Shown: positions 23,998 through 37,395 of the stretch, piece by piece
Numbering within the stretch: position 1 is the stretch's first letter
Layout: the number at the start of each line of letters is the position of its first letter
From: Diadema antillarum
Lineage: Eukaryota
Direction: 5' to 3'
DNA length: 64,000 nucleotides
Assembly (NCBI RefSeq): GCF_040938485.1
Contig: NW_027271595.1
Location: forward strand, 248,001 to 312,000
Notes under the pieces: model-generated
Told to the model about the DNA's origin: nothing
Seen by the model: only the letters and a program-made list of their open reading frames with translations
Database searches by the model: none
Position numbers and translations under genes: made by a program

Positions 23998-24555
23998 AGG
24001 ACAAGTCCACCTTCATATACATGTGGATTGAGTGAAGGCAACAATATCAGAAGAACACATCAGTGAAAGTTTGGGGAAAATCGGACAATCCGTTAAAAAG
24101 TTATGAATTTTTAAAGTATCTGTGCAGTCCCTGCTGGATGAGAAGACTACTACAGTGTGTGATGTCACATGCGTGCAACAATAAAAGGAAAATAAAAAGA
24201 GAATTTCACAAAACTGTACTTTTTTAATAAAGTGCACATTTCTTCGACTTGTTACTGACGTATGTTTAGGGGAATATTTTCCCCCTGCCTTCTGAAAGAG
24301 AGAAGTTGAGTGTTCTTTTGTTATGCGAGAAAAATGGAAATATGTTGAATTTTCTTTATTCTTTCTTTATATCGTTGTACTCATGTGACATCACAATCTA
24401 CAGTAGTCTTCTCATCCAGCTGTGACTGAGTAGAAACTTCAAAAATTCATAACTTTTGAACGGATTGTCCGAGTTTCCTCAAACTCTCGCTGATGTGTTC
24501 TACTAATATTGCTGCATTCACTCAACCCACATGTCTATGAAGGTGAACTTGTCCT
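23998..24555. mobile_element. Foldback MITE with TTAA target site duplication
   Basis: TTAA (23994-23997) AGGACAAGTCCACCTTCATA...TATGAAGGTGAACTTGTCCT TTAA (24556-24559); inverted arms of about 200 bp. Confidence 0.9.
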
Positions 24556-25559
24556 TTAAAAGAATCCTTACCCAAAAGTGTTATACTTGTGGACAGAAAT
24601 GCTGAGTTTTTCAGAAGGACATGATTGGAGTAAATTGTATAAATCTAAGTTTAAAAAAATATTAAGTAGTAAAGTAAAGTAGTAAAACAATTATTTTTAT
24701 TCATTATATTACATCTCTATCTATCTCATCTATATCTGAGGGGGGTTAGTCTTTCAAAGAAAACTTGATTCAATTAAGGATAACATTACATGTGTTTTTA
24801 ATCATTGTAAAGACGTTGAAACAGTCTCTCATGTTTTGTTGCATGTCCATGCAAACTCATTCTTGCGACAATTGACCTATTTCTTTTAGCAGTCAATTTA
24901 ATGAAAATATTGGATTGGTGAGAAAAAAAAGGCATTTACTGGTAGTATAAGTCAAAATAATGAATATATTCATTTTGCAACTGTTATCTACATCTTCGCA
25001 AAATTCACGATGTCAGAGTGTATATAGAACGTTATGTCAGTTTTCTTCAAAACAGTTCAACTAATTTCTGCTATCATAATTCAAGAACAATCTTATTAGC
25101 AATGTAAAATTCCCTGAAAATATTATTAAGATGAATATTACGGGATGATAGCGTAAAGTAATACAAATTTCTTGATCTTTAAAACGATATTATTCATAGC
25201 TATATATGTTATAATTGTGAATACGATATAATTTCATTTGTTTGCCCCTTCATGGAAAAAAAATCTCTATGAAAAAAAAAAGAAAGTTTGTTTTTAATTA
25301 TCTTTGCATACTCATAGAATTGTGCACCTAATGTATGTTTTTGACACATATGATACAAATGAAAAGACGATTTTCTTCTTAATCATGTTATTTTTTTTGT
25401 ATAATTATTGCTCTCATGTGAGTGTGTGTCGTCGATTCATAATTGTGTGAATTATCAGTCGACTGATTTTCTACTTGACTAGATTCACCAGTAAAAAAAA
25501 AAAATCATAGAGAAATACAACAGAGGATAATGCACAAGAATCGAGAGGGTCATTTAGTT

Positions 25560-25990
25560 CTTGTTTGCCCAACATTTGTCAAAGTTTGGTACCCCTGCAT
25601 TCTTCCTTCATCGAACCTTTTCTCTCAAACCTGCGTCATCACCTTTGACCTATACACACTGGGTCAAGATGAGGCGGCTGCAGTGTCGTTGTACGCACGA
25701 GGGTCAATTGACGCTGCCTTTACGTCACAGAGAGATTATGACACATTGTCTTGACGAAGTTTAAGCACAATGGGATTAAGACTACTACACGACGTCGTTA
25801 ATTCTGATCTTGTATACTCTAACACATCCAGTGGCGAACCAAAATGGAGAGAAAGCGAGCAGTACGTATGAATGGCTCTATACGTCAGCTATGCACCACA
25901 CGGCATTGTGCACTGAAGCGCAGTATCACTGACTGGTCTTACCCAAATAAGGAAAATTCATCAATAGCATTCTAAAAGATTGGGTAGAAA
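25560..25990. promoter_or_regulatory. Conserved noncoding block A upstream of gene 2, containing a CArG box
   Basis: Aligns with 55690-56110. CCAAATAAGG at 25943-25952 corresponds to CCATATAAGG at 56067-56076. Confidence 0.6.
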
Positions 25991-26979
25991 AACAGGGTAT
26001 GACAAAACACGAAGATAGGACGAGAAAGCAATTCATGCACAGCATTTTGTGATATGCGTGACTTTTGATTTGAAAAAGTTTCTTTTTTTTTGAGGGGGGG
26101 GGGTTCTTAAGGAGATATATGAAACACTATTACTGCTCTGATAAAACTCGAATGAACAAATTCTAAGCAAGAAATATCATCTTAAGATCTTAAGTTTCTG
26201 TCCTCAGAATTGTTGCAAGGATATTCATGCAGAATTTATGTTGTGGCAACATAAGTATAAACCTTTTTTGGGGGTGGTGTTAGGTAGTATTTATTGGCTT
26301 TTTGGGAAGTATGTCTGTTTGTATAATATGTAGGCCTATATATTTACATGTGCGGTGAGCGTTTTAAACGCAAAAATGATGCCTGCGATTAATATTGCAT
26401 GTTTTTCAATGGGTTTGTGGTGTGTACTTTGTACGCACGAGTGTGTAGGTGTATTTATGCAGAAACGAATGTGGCCTAACTCAACAACAAGCCACAGCAT
26501 TTTCTCAGTGATTCAAACTGAAAAAAAAATGACCCATGTCATGTAGTTACGAATATATAAACCTCACTCATGAGATGGAAGATATGCAATTATGATTAAT
26601 TATGATTAATTATGATTATGGTTATCATCGTCGTTAGTATTATCATTATCATTATTATCATCGCAATGCTATGTCATCGCATGCATAAAATAAAGCAGAT
26701 TGACTTGCCACCATGATTAACTTTCAAAACAAACGGTTCAGCTTAAGGAATGGATGTAATTTTAGCTTAAGGAATGGATGTAATTTTCGCTGTTTCTTTT
26801 TTTTTCTGGTGCTAAACTTTGAAGTATGAGATACGAAGACACCAGAGGAAACATCATGGTTTTAAAATCATCTATCAAAGCTGTCCTGATGCGAATAGTA
26901 TTTGCTGAAGAGACGAACGCATAAACTATTAGTTCCTTCCTTTAGTTAAATAAAAAAATATGTTACAAGGCATGATTAT

Positions 26980-27215
26980 TATTATGTTCAGGGGCCGTTG
27001 TCCAAGTCAAGCGTTTTCCTTATTGATAACGGTCTCCTCCACCTGTTCACATAAAGATCTGTAATGAAGATTTATCCATTATTTCACATGACTATATATT
27101 TGTAATGCGACATTTTGTTTATATTTTCATGACTTGTGAATGATATGTTCGATATTGTTGTACTTATTTTCTGTTATGTACAAGTGGAGGAATAAAACTT
27201 ACTGAAACTGAAACG
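26980..27215 (+). mobile_element. Probable LINE 3' end remnant
   Basis: GC-rich 3'UTR-like segment followed by AATAAA and a (CTGAAA)-type tail. Similar AATAAA plus short-repeat tails occur near 32400 (+) and 16410-16445 (-). Confidence 0.35.
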
Positions 27216-27899
27216 ATTAGGCAACAAAATTCACGACAGTGGAATAAATCAGGGAGGTGAGCATGAAAATTTTGATCTCATCAGGTTAACGCATCGCTTA
27301 CGCTAACAGACATCCAAAAACGAGCGAACTCACGCTGGAAATTCTGCAAGGGATCTTTTTTTTTTTTTGCCGCTTTTTCAGTCGATAGATCTAAGTCTGA
27401 CATTATAGATTTGATTTAAACTGTCTTTGTTAATTTTGGTTTTTGGTAGGAAGAGACATGATTCCTGAAAATATCTGCATCAGAGAATGTCTGTAGGAAG
27501 TTCAAATCTGTCACAATCTCAACAAATACTTTAAGGATTCATAATAGTGTCGATCGGTCGATTAAAGATGCCACCAAAAGATATGACTATGCCCCCTTAC
27601 GCGCTGGGCTGGTGTTAACTTTTATCTCCATGTCTTGATGTACCTTTGTAGTAATCTTGCCAAGGTTTTCAAGTTTTCACTTGATATTTTCCATAACCCT
27701 CAGGATTTCCTTTATTTTCGGACAAATAACATCCCTCTTTGGTGTATAAATATGAGTTTTATATCTGCTATATACAAACAAATCATTCTATTTTTCTTTT
27801 TACATCATAAACTTTTACATTTGTTCAAGAGTTGTAGTTTATATCCGTCTTCTTTGAAACGGCAAAAGGAGGAATACCGATTGTCGTTTCTACCACGGA

Positions 27900-28470
27900 A
27901 CAGAGCACCGAAACCGGAAACACAGAAGCAGTTTGTGCTCGTATTTTTCAGATTCCTTTCGATGAACAGCTTTTCAGATATAACAGTTTCTTCTGCGTCA
28001 TTAACTGAGAACACATGAAACAAAATTAATGTCCTACCTACGTCACTGCGGCGACGTGAAGCGCTGGCGTGTTTGTTCCCGCACGTCCCCTAACCACGTA
28101 AAATGCGGGCAACCAATGGGTGCTTAACCCACTATTCAAGGGGGCTACGGTTCAACAGTCTCCATCCCACGACACGCGTTTTAACACGAGTTTAACGCCG
28201 AAGAAGAAAAGAACTTTTAGTAAAAGAGCAATTCTTGTCTCGATTGTCACGTAAGACCTCTGATGGACAATAGACGCACATAGAAAGGGGAGGATCTGAA
28301 GTCAAAGAAGCATTAGTTTAGTAAGGCGTTATTAAGTGGCACTAATCTAAGACCCGTCCTCGTAAGCCTTCAGTAATGACCCTCATGCACCTACGCACTC
28401 ACGAGGTGGGAAAACCTTTGTTTCAGCCCAAGAACAGAAACAACTTACCCTTATTGACGACGTGCAAAGC
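27900..28470. promoter_or_regulatory. Conserved noncoding block B upstream of gene 2
   Basis: Aligns with 58260-58860; shared ACCGGAAAC, AACAGCTTTTCAGATA, CCTACGTCACTGCGGCGACG and CAAGGGGGCYACGGTTCAACAGT. Confidence 0.6.
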
Positions 28471-29121
28471 GCAAAAGTGTAAGCCTCTTTTGAAAGATTG
28501 TACAGCAGAGGGGATGAGATTGCACCAAGAATCACCCAGATTTTAGGAGATAGTGTTTACAAGTATCATTTCCCTTTTCATAGAAGAGAGCAGGATTAGT
28601 ATTTGGCTTGACCGGTATAATACTATAACATTGAGAAATAGATGCATGCACTGAATATGAAACGTCAAACATAATACTCTTGATAACAGCAATGAGTGTA
28701 TAACAAAAATTGAAGAAAAAAATATGTATCATAATGATAACTCTTAATGGGAAATATTCTAAAAAGAAATTAAGTCTGAATCGGGGTGTGAATATACTGA
28801 TCTTCAAGCTTATGATCAGTAGCTTTGCCCTGGGCACATCAACAACGTACATATTCAGACCCGATGCATTGGCTGTCATGAATTTTAACATGGCATCCAT
28901 GTGCCGCAGTAATAATAATCCATTGTAAGTTCTCATGTTGAAAGACAAAAAGGGCAGTTTGCTTCAATTTTGAAAAACTAGTACATTCGTCAGGATGATT
29001 GTCAAATCTAAAACAACAACAGCAACAACAACCTGCAATGGAGGTGGCATAATAATTATTGTAAATAATAATTCTTATCCGATCGATTAGCTTATTTTGT
29101 TGCGACACGATTAGAAACCTA

Positions 29122-29657
29122 CACTGCAAAAAGTCCGGTGTTAAATATGAAACACCGAGCTGGTGTTAAATTTCCGGTGCTCATTCATGGTGTTAGATTA
29201 ACACCTCCGGGTGTCATTTCAAAATTTAAGATTGTGTTTTGAATAGTTTCTTAGTTACTGCACTTCTTGTTAATTTTGAACTTCAACAAGACGATAAAGA
29301 ATTTTCCGATAAAGTACTTGGTTTTTGAAAAAAAAAGTGTGTCAAACACATTTACACCACATTAACACCAGTTGGTGTGGTCCCCTATTGAAGCTGGGCG
29401 GGTGTTATACCATTGAAATCAACACCACCAGTATCACATCAACACCATGCGGTGTCATTATTGAGTTAACTCTAGCGCAGTGTCAAAAATATCACCAGCC
29501 ACAGTGTCAAATTAACACCACGAAGTGGTAGGCGAACACTTTTTAACACCGTCACAATACATTTTCAACACCTGTGGGTGTGGTCCTCTATTGAAGTTTG
29601 ATCGGTGTTAGATTTAACACCCATGTTGTTAAATCTAACACCGATGTTTTAACAGTG
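29122..29657. mobile_element. Non-autonomous element with CACTG...CAGTG ends flanked by TA (EnSpm/CACTA-like)
   Basis: TA-CACTGCAAAAAGTCCGGTGTTA ... TAACACCGATGTTTTAACAGTG-TA, with many internal AACACC/GGTGTT submotifs. Confidence 0.7.
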
Positions 29658-30516
29658 TAGCTCTCCTGAGATCACTACCCACAATATTGCTTCTGTAACG
29701 TCGGCAGGCTCCTATATGAAAAAAAAAATATCAAAACATTCTGCCTAATTGCATAATAGCCCATTTTATCCCCCGCCAATACTATCATATCATCAAACGC
29801 GTTCCAGCCTGTGTGCATTTAGTTTGTATATTCACAAACTTCCAAATTGATACTCAGTACTTCTGTCCTTCCCTAACAATGTATCTCTTTCACTTGGCAC
29901 AGCTTCCTATTAAACCTTGGGAGTGTTTTCATCTCAATTCTTCCTACCTAAAATGGTACATCAGGAGAATAACAGGTAATAAGCGGTATACATAAAGTCA
30001 AGCTAGCGAAGTGGTTTGCAATATTATGTGTAGGACCCTACATGTAGTGTGTAAGTTTAAAATGATACAAAAAACCGTTGTATTCTCAGTGAATATACAA
30101 TCAATGTATACAGAAAGTCTATTATGACGCCATTAAATGCATATATGTTTTTGATCGCTTGTTTATAAAAAGTAACGATAATCCATATCAAAGAATAATG
30201 TCCCGCATTGCTAAACTGGCATGAGTAAACGTAAAATTAAACGTAAAAGTTCAAGAGTACATCTGAGTACATCTGAGATGTATTAATGTTTCAGGTTTCC
30301 CTGGCGAGGTAGGGCTTGTGGAAGCAACTGACCTGATTTGTATATTGTGGACGCGCGCGTGTGTGTGCGTGTGCGTCTTTTTGATACTTAGTTGGGCGGT
30401 CTATGCTCATGATTCAGGTCGTTGGTTCATGACAGCCCAAATAATCGCTTGACCTCAAACCATTCCCTTATCTCGTCAGTAGGTATCTACTGCACGGGAG
30501 AAGTGTTAAAACGATT

Positions 30517-31614
30517 AGCTCATTTAAGCTACCGTTTGTAAACGTCTTATCCTTAAAGCTAATGTAATCTATCTTAAGAACGATTTTCGATTGTGAAGGA
30601 TTGAAGAATTATTCAAGACTATAAAGACTCTTTCTTAAAAGGGATTCCATGAAAGTAATAGTGAGTCTCGTTTGCCGACGGATTGTGGAGAACTGGTTAC
30701 AAATTAAGACCAACCGAACTGTTGAGCATTTCCGAAGTGTAATGCATTGAGAACGGTCCACGCCAGAATCTTTATATAAATCACTAACCAGAGGGAGGTT
30801 TATAGTCTGAATTGAAATGATGGCTACCCATGAATAAATCTTTATCTATGTAATACAAGCAATCGCCGGGAGGTCGTATATAGTCATGGTTTCCATTGCA
30901 AAGGAAACAACTGGTTGCCATGTGAAGAACTACATAACAGAGAAGAGCAACAAACCAGTCATCATTGGTGGTCTGTTCTTCTTCATGATTTTGACAATGT
31001 ACAACAGCATTGTCACCTCCTCTTGATCCTTATTGTTCTTGACCTCGTACTTGTACTCCATTAGGAAAAAAAAAAACAGGGAAAGAAAACTACGTCATTT
31101 CCTTTCTTTCCGGGAACGATGTAACGCTCGATTGTTCAAAACATTTAACAGTCTTCTTACCACTCAAGCAGTCCAAAGTATGAGGACCTAGGTACTTTCA
31201 CTATTAGTTTTTCACAACGGTTTTTTTTTCTTCAAATAACTCACGATTTTTTCCTCTATACGCCTAAACATCACAACGTATAGCAGCATTGCCATCTTCT
31301 CAGCACAACTGTATTGATTTGCGTACCTTGATTCTATTTCTATACTGGTCTGCTTGAATATCTCGAAATGCATCATTATCAATTCACGCACTACAATTCA
31401 GAAGCTATACAGCCATTACAAGAGATGTATCAATGACACAGGAGTATTACGACACAAAATCTCTATAATTTTTAATCATGGTCATTGTGCAATTCATCAA
31501 CTTTACTTTCAGAAAAAAACACAAATGATGTACGTTTTGGACTCAATTTAGCGGCATGCTACAATTTCATTTCGTTTCTGTATTTAGGTGGTTCTCATAA
31601 CAAATTTTCTTTTC

Positions 31615-31663
<49 letters not shown>

Positions 31664-32068
31664 AATATTAGTGTCTGATGTAAGATTGCTATTAAAACTT
31701 AACAGTGAAATCCGTTGTAGTGATATAGGAGCCAGTAGGATTGTTACTAGAATTCCTAATCAATACAGTCATTTGCAGTGCTTTCTATAAACACTAGCAA
31801 ACTTTTCGCCTGCATGTCTTTTTTTTTCATTCATTGAATTACTCAAAGACATTTCTCTTAAGGAGATTTTTGTGAAGTGCAAACAACCATAACTTACCAT
31901 TAAGATACTTCAAGAACTAGTGAAAACCTGGGGAACGGCTTACAGTCGAAAATTAACCATCCGACTAATTCCTGGGTTCACCAACCAGAAGGAATCTCAA
32001 TAATCGCTTTTTAAAATTTGGGATTCTGTGAACCTCAACATTTCTCTTCTGTAATCATTCTTAAAAAG
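30517..32068 (+). repeat. Diverged duplicated segment, copy B (partner 13621-15080)
   Basis: Shared anchors include AGCTCATTTAA, GGTTACAAA(A)TTAAGACCA, ATCAYTGGTGGTCT, GAAGTGCAAACAA and GATCTCAATAATCGCTT-like text. Confidence 0.8.
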
Positions 32069-32450
32069 CAACAAAAACAAAAACAAGAACAAAACAAAAT
32101 GTTGTATTGTTTAGACAATCATTCCTGAGGCCATTGTCCTCGTCAAGTGTTTGCTTATGATGATGGTCTCCTGAATTTCTGTACATCAAGAATTGTCTAA
32201 TTTGTCTTTGAGCAAGAGATATACTGTAACTTATGTTTGCGTAAATGTATGCACAAAATAGTTTATTTTCATTATGAATTGTGTCAGGAAAAAAAAAGTT
32301 GACTATTTTGATTAATCATATATTTGCTGTAATTCTCAGATTCAACCTATACTGTGCTCAATTTGTTTGTTCAATTGACTTTATGTATGAAGAAGTTCAG
32401 TAATAAAATCAGAATCAGAATCAGAATCAGAAAAACAAAACAATATATCA

Positions 32451-32484
<34 letters not shown>

Positions 32485-32545
32485 ATATATATTTATATAT
32501 ATATGAATATATTCGCATATATATGTATATAATTGTAATATGTAT

Positions 32546-32580
<35 letters not shown>

Positions 32581-32787
32581 CATATAAAGGAGTAGGCTGA
32601 CTGCTGATTTAATGGGGTACTATTTAGTTATCATCATTGTCTAAATATGTAATGAAACACGTATCCATCATATCTGTATGAATATGTGTGTGCACAAAAA
32701 CAAGCGAGCGTGCACACACACATTTGATTATGTATACACATATATATAAACCATGTAAATACATATGCATGGTTGTATGTGATTATG

Positions 32788-32831
<44 letters not shown>

Positions 32832-34277
32832 TGAAAACATAAGTAAGTATAAGTATATACTCACAGTACATAAGTATAAATGTATTCAATGTTCACGGTA
32901 GGTAAATGTAGGAATCTGAATGTTAAGGCCCTGCATATAATGTGTTAACAATTTTGTAGTTGAAAAAACAACAGCAGTTTTAATGCTTTTAGATAGTTCT
33001 GAAATGTGAGTTAGGGATAAGAATAACTAACATAAAAGTGTTAGTATAATATATACAAAAAGTGAACCATTGTTTTATTGAAAACCGCTTCTATAATATA
33101 CCGTCAACAGATATGGTTTATGGAGAAACTTAGTGATATCTTCTTATATTTGCGGCTTTATTGCAAATTGTTTGTGCGGTAGGGTGTTTTGTGATATACA
33201 TGTGGCTGAATTAAACATTCAGTGACATATGCAAGTTTAATTCGAACATTTCTTTTTTAATCACTGCTCCCAACGTTAGTTTGTGGCTTTAATGTGGTTG
33301 ATAAAGTGTGTATGTGCCGTAAGCGGTAGCCGGATCATTTCGATTTTCAATCCTGCATTTCCGTAAGAAGGTGATGCTTTGATATATAAATTGAAGAAAA
33401 GACAACGTCAAACATTGATAAATCATTTAGCACGATAAGTCCAACCGGATTTTCAACAAATACGCCTTTGTTCTACTTCATAAGAATGCAACAGTTATCC
33501 CATAAACAATACGGTGACAGTCATCTTGCGCAACTGCTAGGTCTTTAGCGGCCATTGTACATTGTTGTAAAAAGAATGTGGTGCATAGGCGTCTAAATAT
33601 TTGCACAGTACACAAGGAATACACTGAAAAAAAAATATCAGAAAGCAAAGCAATGAATAAGTAGTTAGGGTGGGAAGTTCAGATACAGCATTTACTGTAA
33701 TGGAGCATAATCAGACATTGAACTTTCAACCTTACTTGTTTCTTACGTGATCGTTACATCTGAACTGTAAGCGACACATATCGATGGCAAGATAGCAAAG
33801 GTCATCGTTAAGTCAAATTTCCGTTCATTATCGCACATTTTTTTTCCACTGCATGCCCCAAACAAAACCAATACCAGCATTATTTCAGGATTATGCATAT
33901 ATGAATAAGTAAAGTTTTGCAGTAAGAAGTAGTTGATGTTGATGCGTGACGTAATTGGCTAAAACCCATATGTTCTTTCAAATGTATAGTGATGGATGAT
34001 AGAAACGTTTTCTTATTCTAGCACATACTGACCAAAAAAATAAAAATAAAAAACCAATAATGATTTCAACTTACCTATGGAATTCCTTCTGTAAAGAACT
34101 TCGCTTTCTACACAATGACAGGAGTGTCGTTTGATTCCAACTGTATCTTCATTTACCATTTCAAACGTTTAAGAAAGAGGGATGGAGAAAGAGAGAGTAG
34201 GGAAATTGGGAGAGAGTGAGAGAATAGGGAAAAGGCGGAGAGAGAGAGAGAGCTAATTGCTGAAGTCCTCACTCCTC

Positions 34278-34322
<45 letters not shown>

Positions 34323-35730
34323 GAAAATTTATTTGAATGACATAATCAAAAACATTAAGGTGTACGTACATCTCATCAAGTGTTATCCGTAACAAGGATT
34401 GTTTGTAAAAAAACAAAAATGGAACGTGACACAGCGATTTCGTTTGACAAAAAGAAAAAAAAAGGTTAATCAATCAAAGATGGAAATAGACAATACATGG
34501 ATGCTTGACTGGACAAAATGAACAATAGAATTTGGTTCATGGTACGAAGATCCTGTTCTCGAAGTTTGCCTGCTACTCGTGTCCAAGTGAGCAAAACAAG
34601 TTTTCCACATCGCTCCCAAAGTGCGCATTAGGGTACATGATGGGAGGTTAAACGTCATGAAAGTCTGACGAGCATTTCCTTTAAATCATAATTCTATTTG
34701 TGTACTATGCTTTGTTTACTTACATAATTACACATATATTTTGGGAGGTGCTTAATTATGTTTAAAATTTTGTAGCATTTTATGATATTGACTACAATGT
34801 TTGCGATGGCTTTAATGGTTATAATGATGCTTTATTGTCACTGTAAATGACGTAGAACTGTCCACGATTTGACAACAGTAGGTATCATTACTTATTAGCA
34901 TGATTTTTAAATACTTCTTTGTAGTACTGTAATCCAAAAAGATCATTCTCATAATAAAGCATTTTGTATTCCAGAATTTATGCACACACTTATTTTCAGT
35001 CTGTGTGAAATGAAAAAAGTAGAAAAAAAAATCAATGTAAGTTAAAAACCATGGATTGCTGATGTCTGCTGAAATTAGCACTCGAGGAAAAGAAAAGAAA
35101 AGAAATTATTATATTTAGCGGCAATTAGAGTCGATTTATTTCAAGCAAGAACATAAAAGTGACCAGAATCATTCCTATTATTAAAGACCGGCGCTGCAGA
35201 TATAAGAATTGATTAAGCAAACTGAACACCCGAATTATCCCTCAATCCGTTAACTCTCTGCCTTAAATACTCTTCTAATTGAACAAAGCTTATTTGCTCG
35301 CAGGTGGAAAAAAAGCTTGAGCCTTCTAACACCAATTTTGATAGTTGTGGGTCGATTGTGGGGGAGAAAAAGGGCATTTAAAAATCCACCTGCAAATCCG
35401 GACTCAAATCCCCCTTCGTTTGAACGCTTCCCTGAAAAAAAGATTTGGTCGAGTTCTCGTACAAGCTGCAGGATCTGTTCCGGATGAACAATAACAAAGA
35501 CCCGTACGACTGTCTAATAGGGAGAAATTACTGTCGTAAATTCCTTGACTACCAACGGATACGGTTGACGTCATAAGGGGCCAAGTCGACTCGATTCAAT
35601 AATGAAGGTTCGAGGACTGCAACACACCTAACGGTGCAATCGTCGTCCTCGTTGTTGAGATTGGGATTTCAACTTTTTGAGAAAAAATTAAAACAAAGTG
35701 TTCCGAACAAAAGGCGGGACCCACCTTTAG

Positions 35731-36341
35731 AGGGTAAATCCAGTCCAAATATGAGTTAAAAGAGTAAATAAAAAAAGGAATAAAAAAAATCTTGCGAGTT
35801 CGACGGTAAAAATTCGACTGAAATCGGATGAAAAATAAGGAAGTTGTGTCATTTTGAAGTTTTGCTAATTTCTGCAGAACAGTTCTTGTACAGTGGATAT
35901 TAATACGCAAATGAGTGAGCTAACCATGTCATAACCTCACAATTTTCCATTGATTGTGTATAAAGAAATGACGAAAATTTAATGTTTATGTCATTGAAAT
36001 CTGAAACATGATGTTATTCCTGGTTGAATAACTTCAGAATAATGATCAGTTAGATATACCAGAATTTGAGCCTTGGGCATAATTGCGTTTGAATATAAAA
36101 CTGGAAATTTCAAAATCTTATGTACAAACTATATGGCAAGTTGTAAGGGGATGACATGCTCACTTTCCATTTGCATATTCATATTGACCGATCAAGAACT
36201 GTGTCATAAAAAATTAGCGAAACTTCAAAATGTCATAACTTCCTTATTTTTCACCTGATTTCCATCAAAATTTTACCGTTGAACTCATAATATTTTACTC
36301 TTTCTTATCAGCCTAACTTATATTTGGACAGGATTTCCCCT
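35731..36341. mobile_element. Foldback MITE, TTAA class
   Basis: Left end TTAG-AGGGTAAATCCAGTCCAAATAT, right end ATATTTGGACAGGATTTCCCCT-TTAA; long inverted arms. Confidence 0.8.
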
Positions 36342-36991
36342 TTAATCAGGACCAAATTGTTTTGCGTTTTGTTTGGATATCTCAGCCATTTTAAAATCGA
36401 CTTTTATCATATGGAATTTTATTTCCTCTTGAGATGTATGCTCTTTAACATTCCATACAAGCTGTTTCTAATCATCTCGTAAGAATGTTAAATCTGAATC
36501 CCCATCTCAACTAAAACTATACCATCTTTTTAAGTTCTATCATTCTAATGGTTTTGATGATGATTAGAGATAAGACATACAAAGATTTAATCATTGCATT
36601 GGGGTAGTACATTCCAATGAGGTTTTTGTTCGCACAATACTTTTGTGCATAACATTATATTCGTACGAAACAAAATACAATACGTAACAAAAACTACGCG
36701 CACCCTTCCAAAAAGACACAATTACATTACACGTAACACAATGACACATTGTCAGAGAAAAAAAGAAAGAAACAGGAACGAAAGCAAAATAAAACAAATA
36801 ATGAGACGAAGGAAATAAATGATGAGTTGACATGTCTTGAGGAAATGAAAAGCGGTAAAGTGCTGCTGTATTGCTTTTTCCCATTTTAGTTCACGTGGAA
36901 GAAATGTAATGTAATGGTAATACAGTAGTAGTGATATGCATCTATTTTTTCGGGGTGGGAGAGGGCTGGAAACTTTACAAGTGGAGAAAGT

Positions 36992-37027
<36 letters not shown>

Positions 37028-37243
37028 AGAAATTAAGTGTAAGCTTGATTAGAGGTAAAGCAAAGAGCAACGTCTGTCTCAAACTTAATTTCTTCCATTA
37101 CCGTGATTACTTATGTTTCACAATGAGACACCGAGTACGTTTTGGTAAGGATCGATCTCTCGCATGTATATATATCATATATATATATATATATACACAT
37201 ATGATCCGCCTATTGGCAGTAATATAGTATCATCATGATAGAG

Positions 37244-37395
37244 GAATGCCTTAAATGCCAAGTGGTGTTTATTAGAAATCAAAATTTTCGAGGGCCTACC
37301 CCTTTGCATTTTGAAAGTTTGCAATTTCATCCTAAAGGAGAAGGCCCCCGAAAATTTGGATTTTTCATGAATACCAATTGGCATTTAATGCATTC
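37244..37395. repeat. Inverted repeat element; related sequence at 54338-54402
   Basis: GAATGCCTTAAATGCCAAG...AATTTTCGAGGGCCT versus its reverse complement ending at the N gap. Confidence 0.6.

Noticed and set aside
27805-28023. Similar short ORFs in blocks B and B' (TVSSASLT)
   Set aside because: The reading frames do not stay open in register between the two copies; the similarity is better explained as conserved noncoding DNA.
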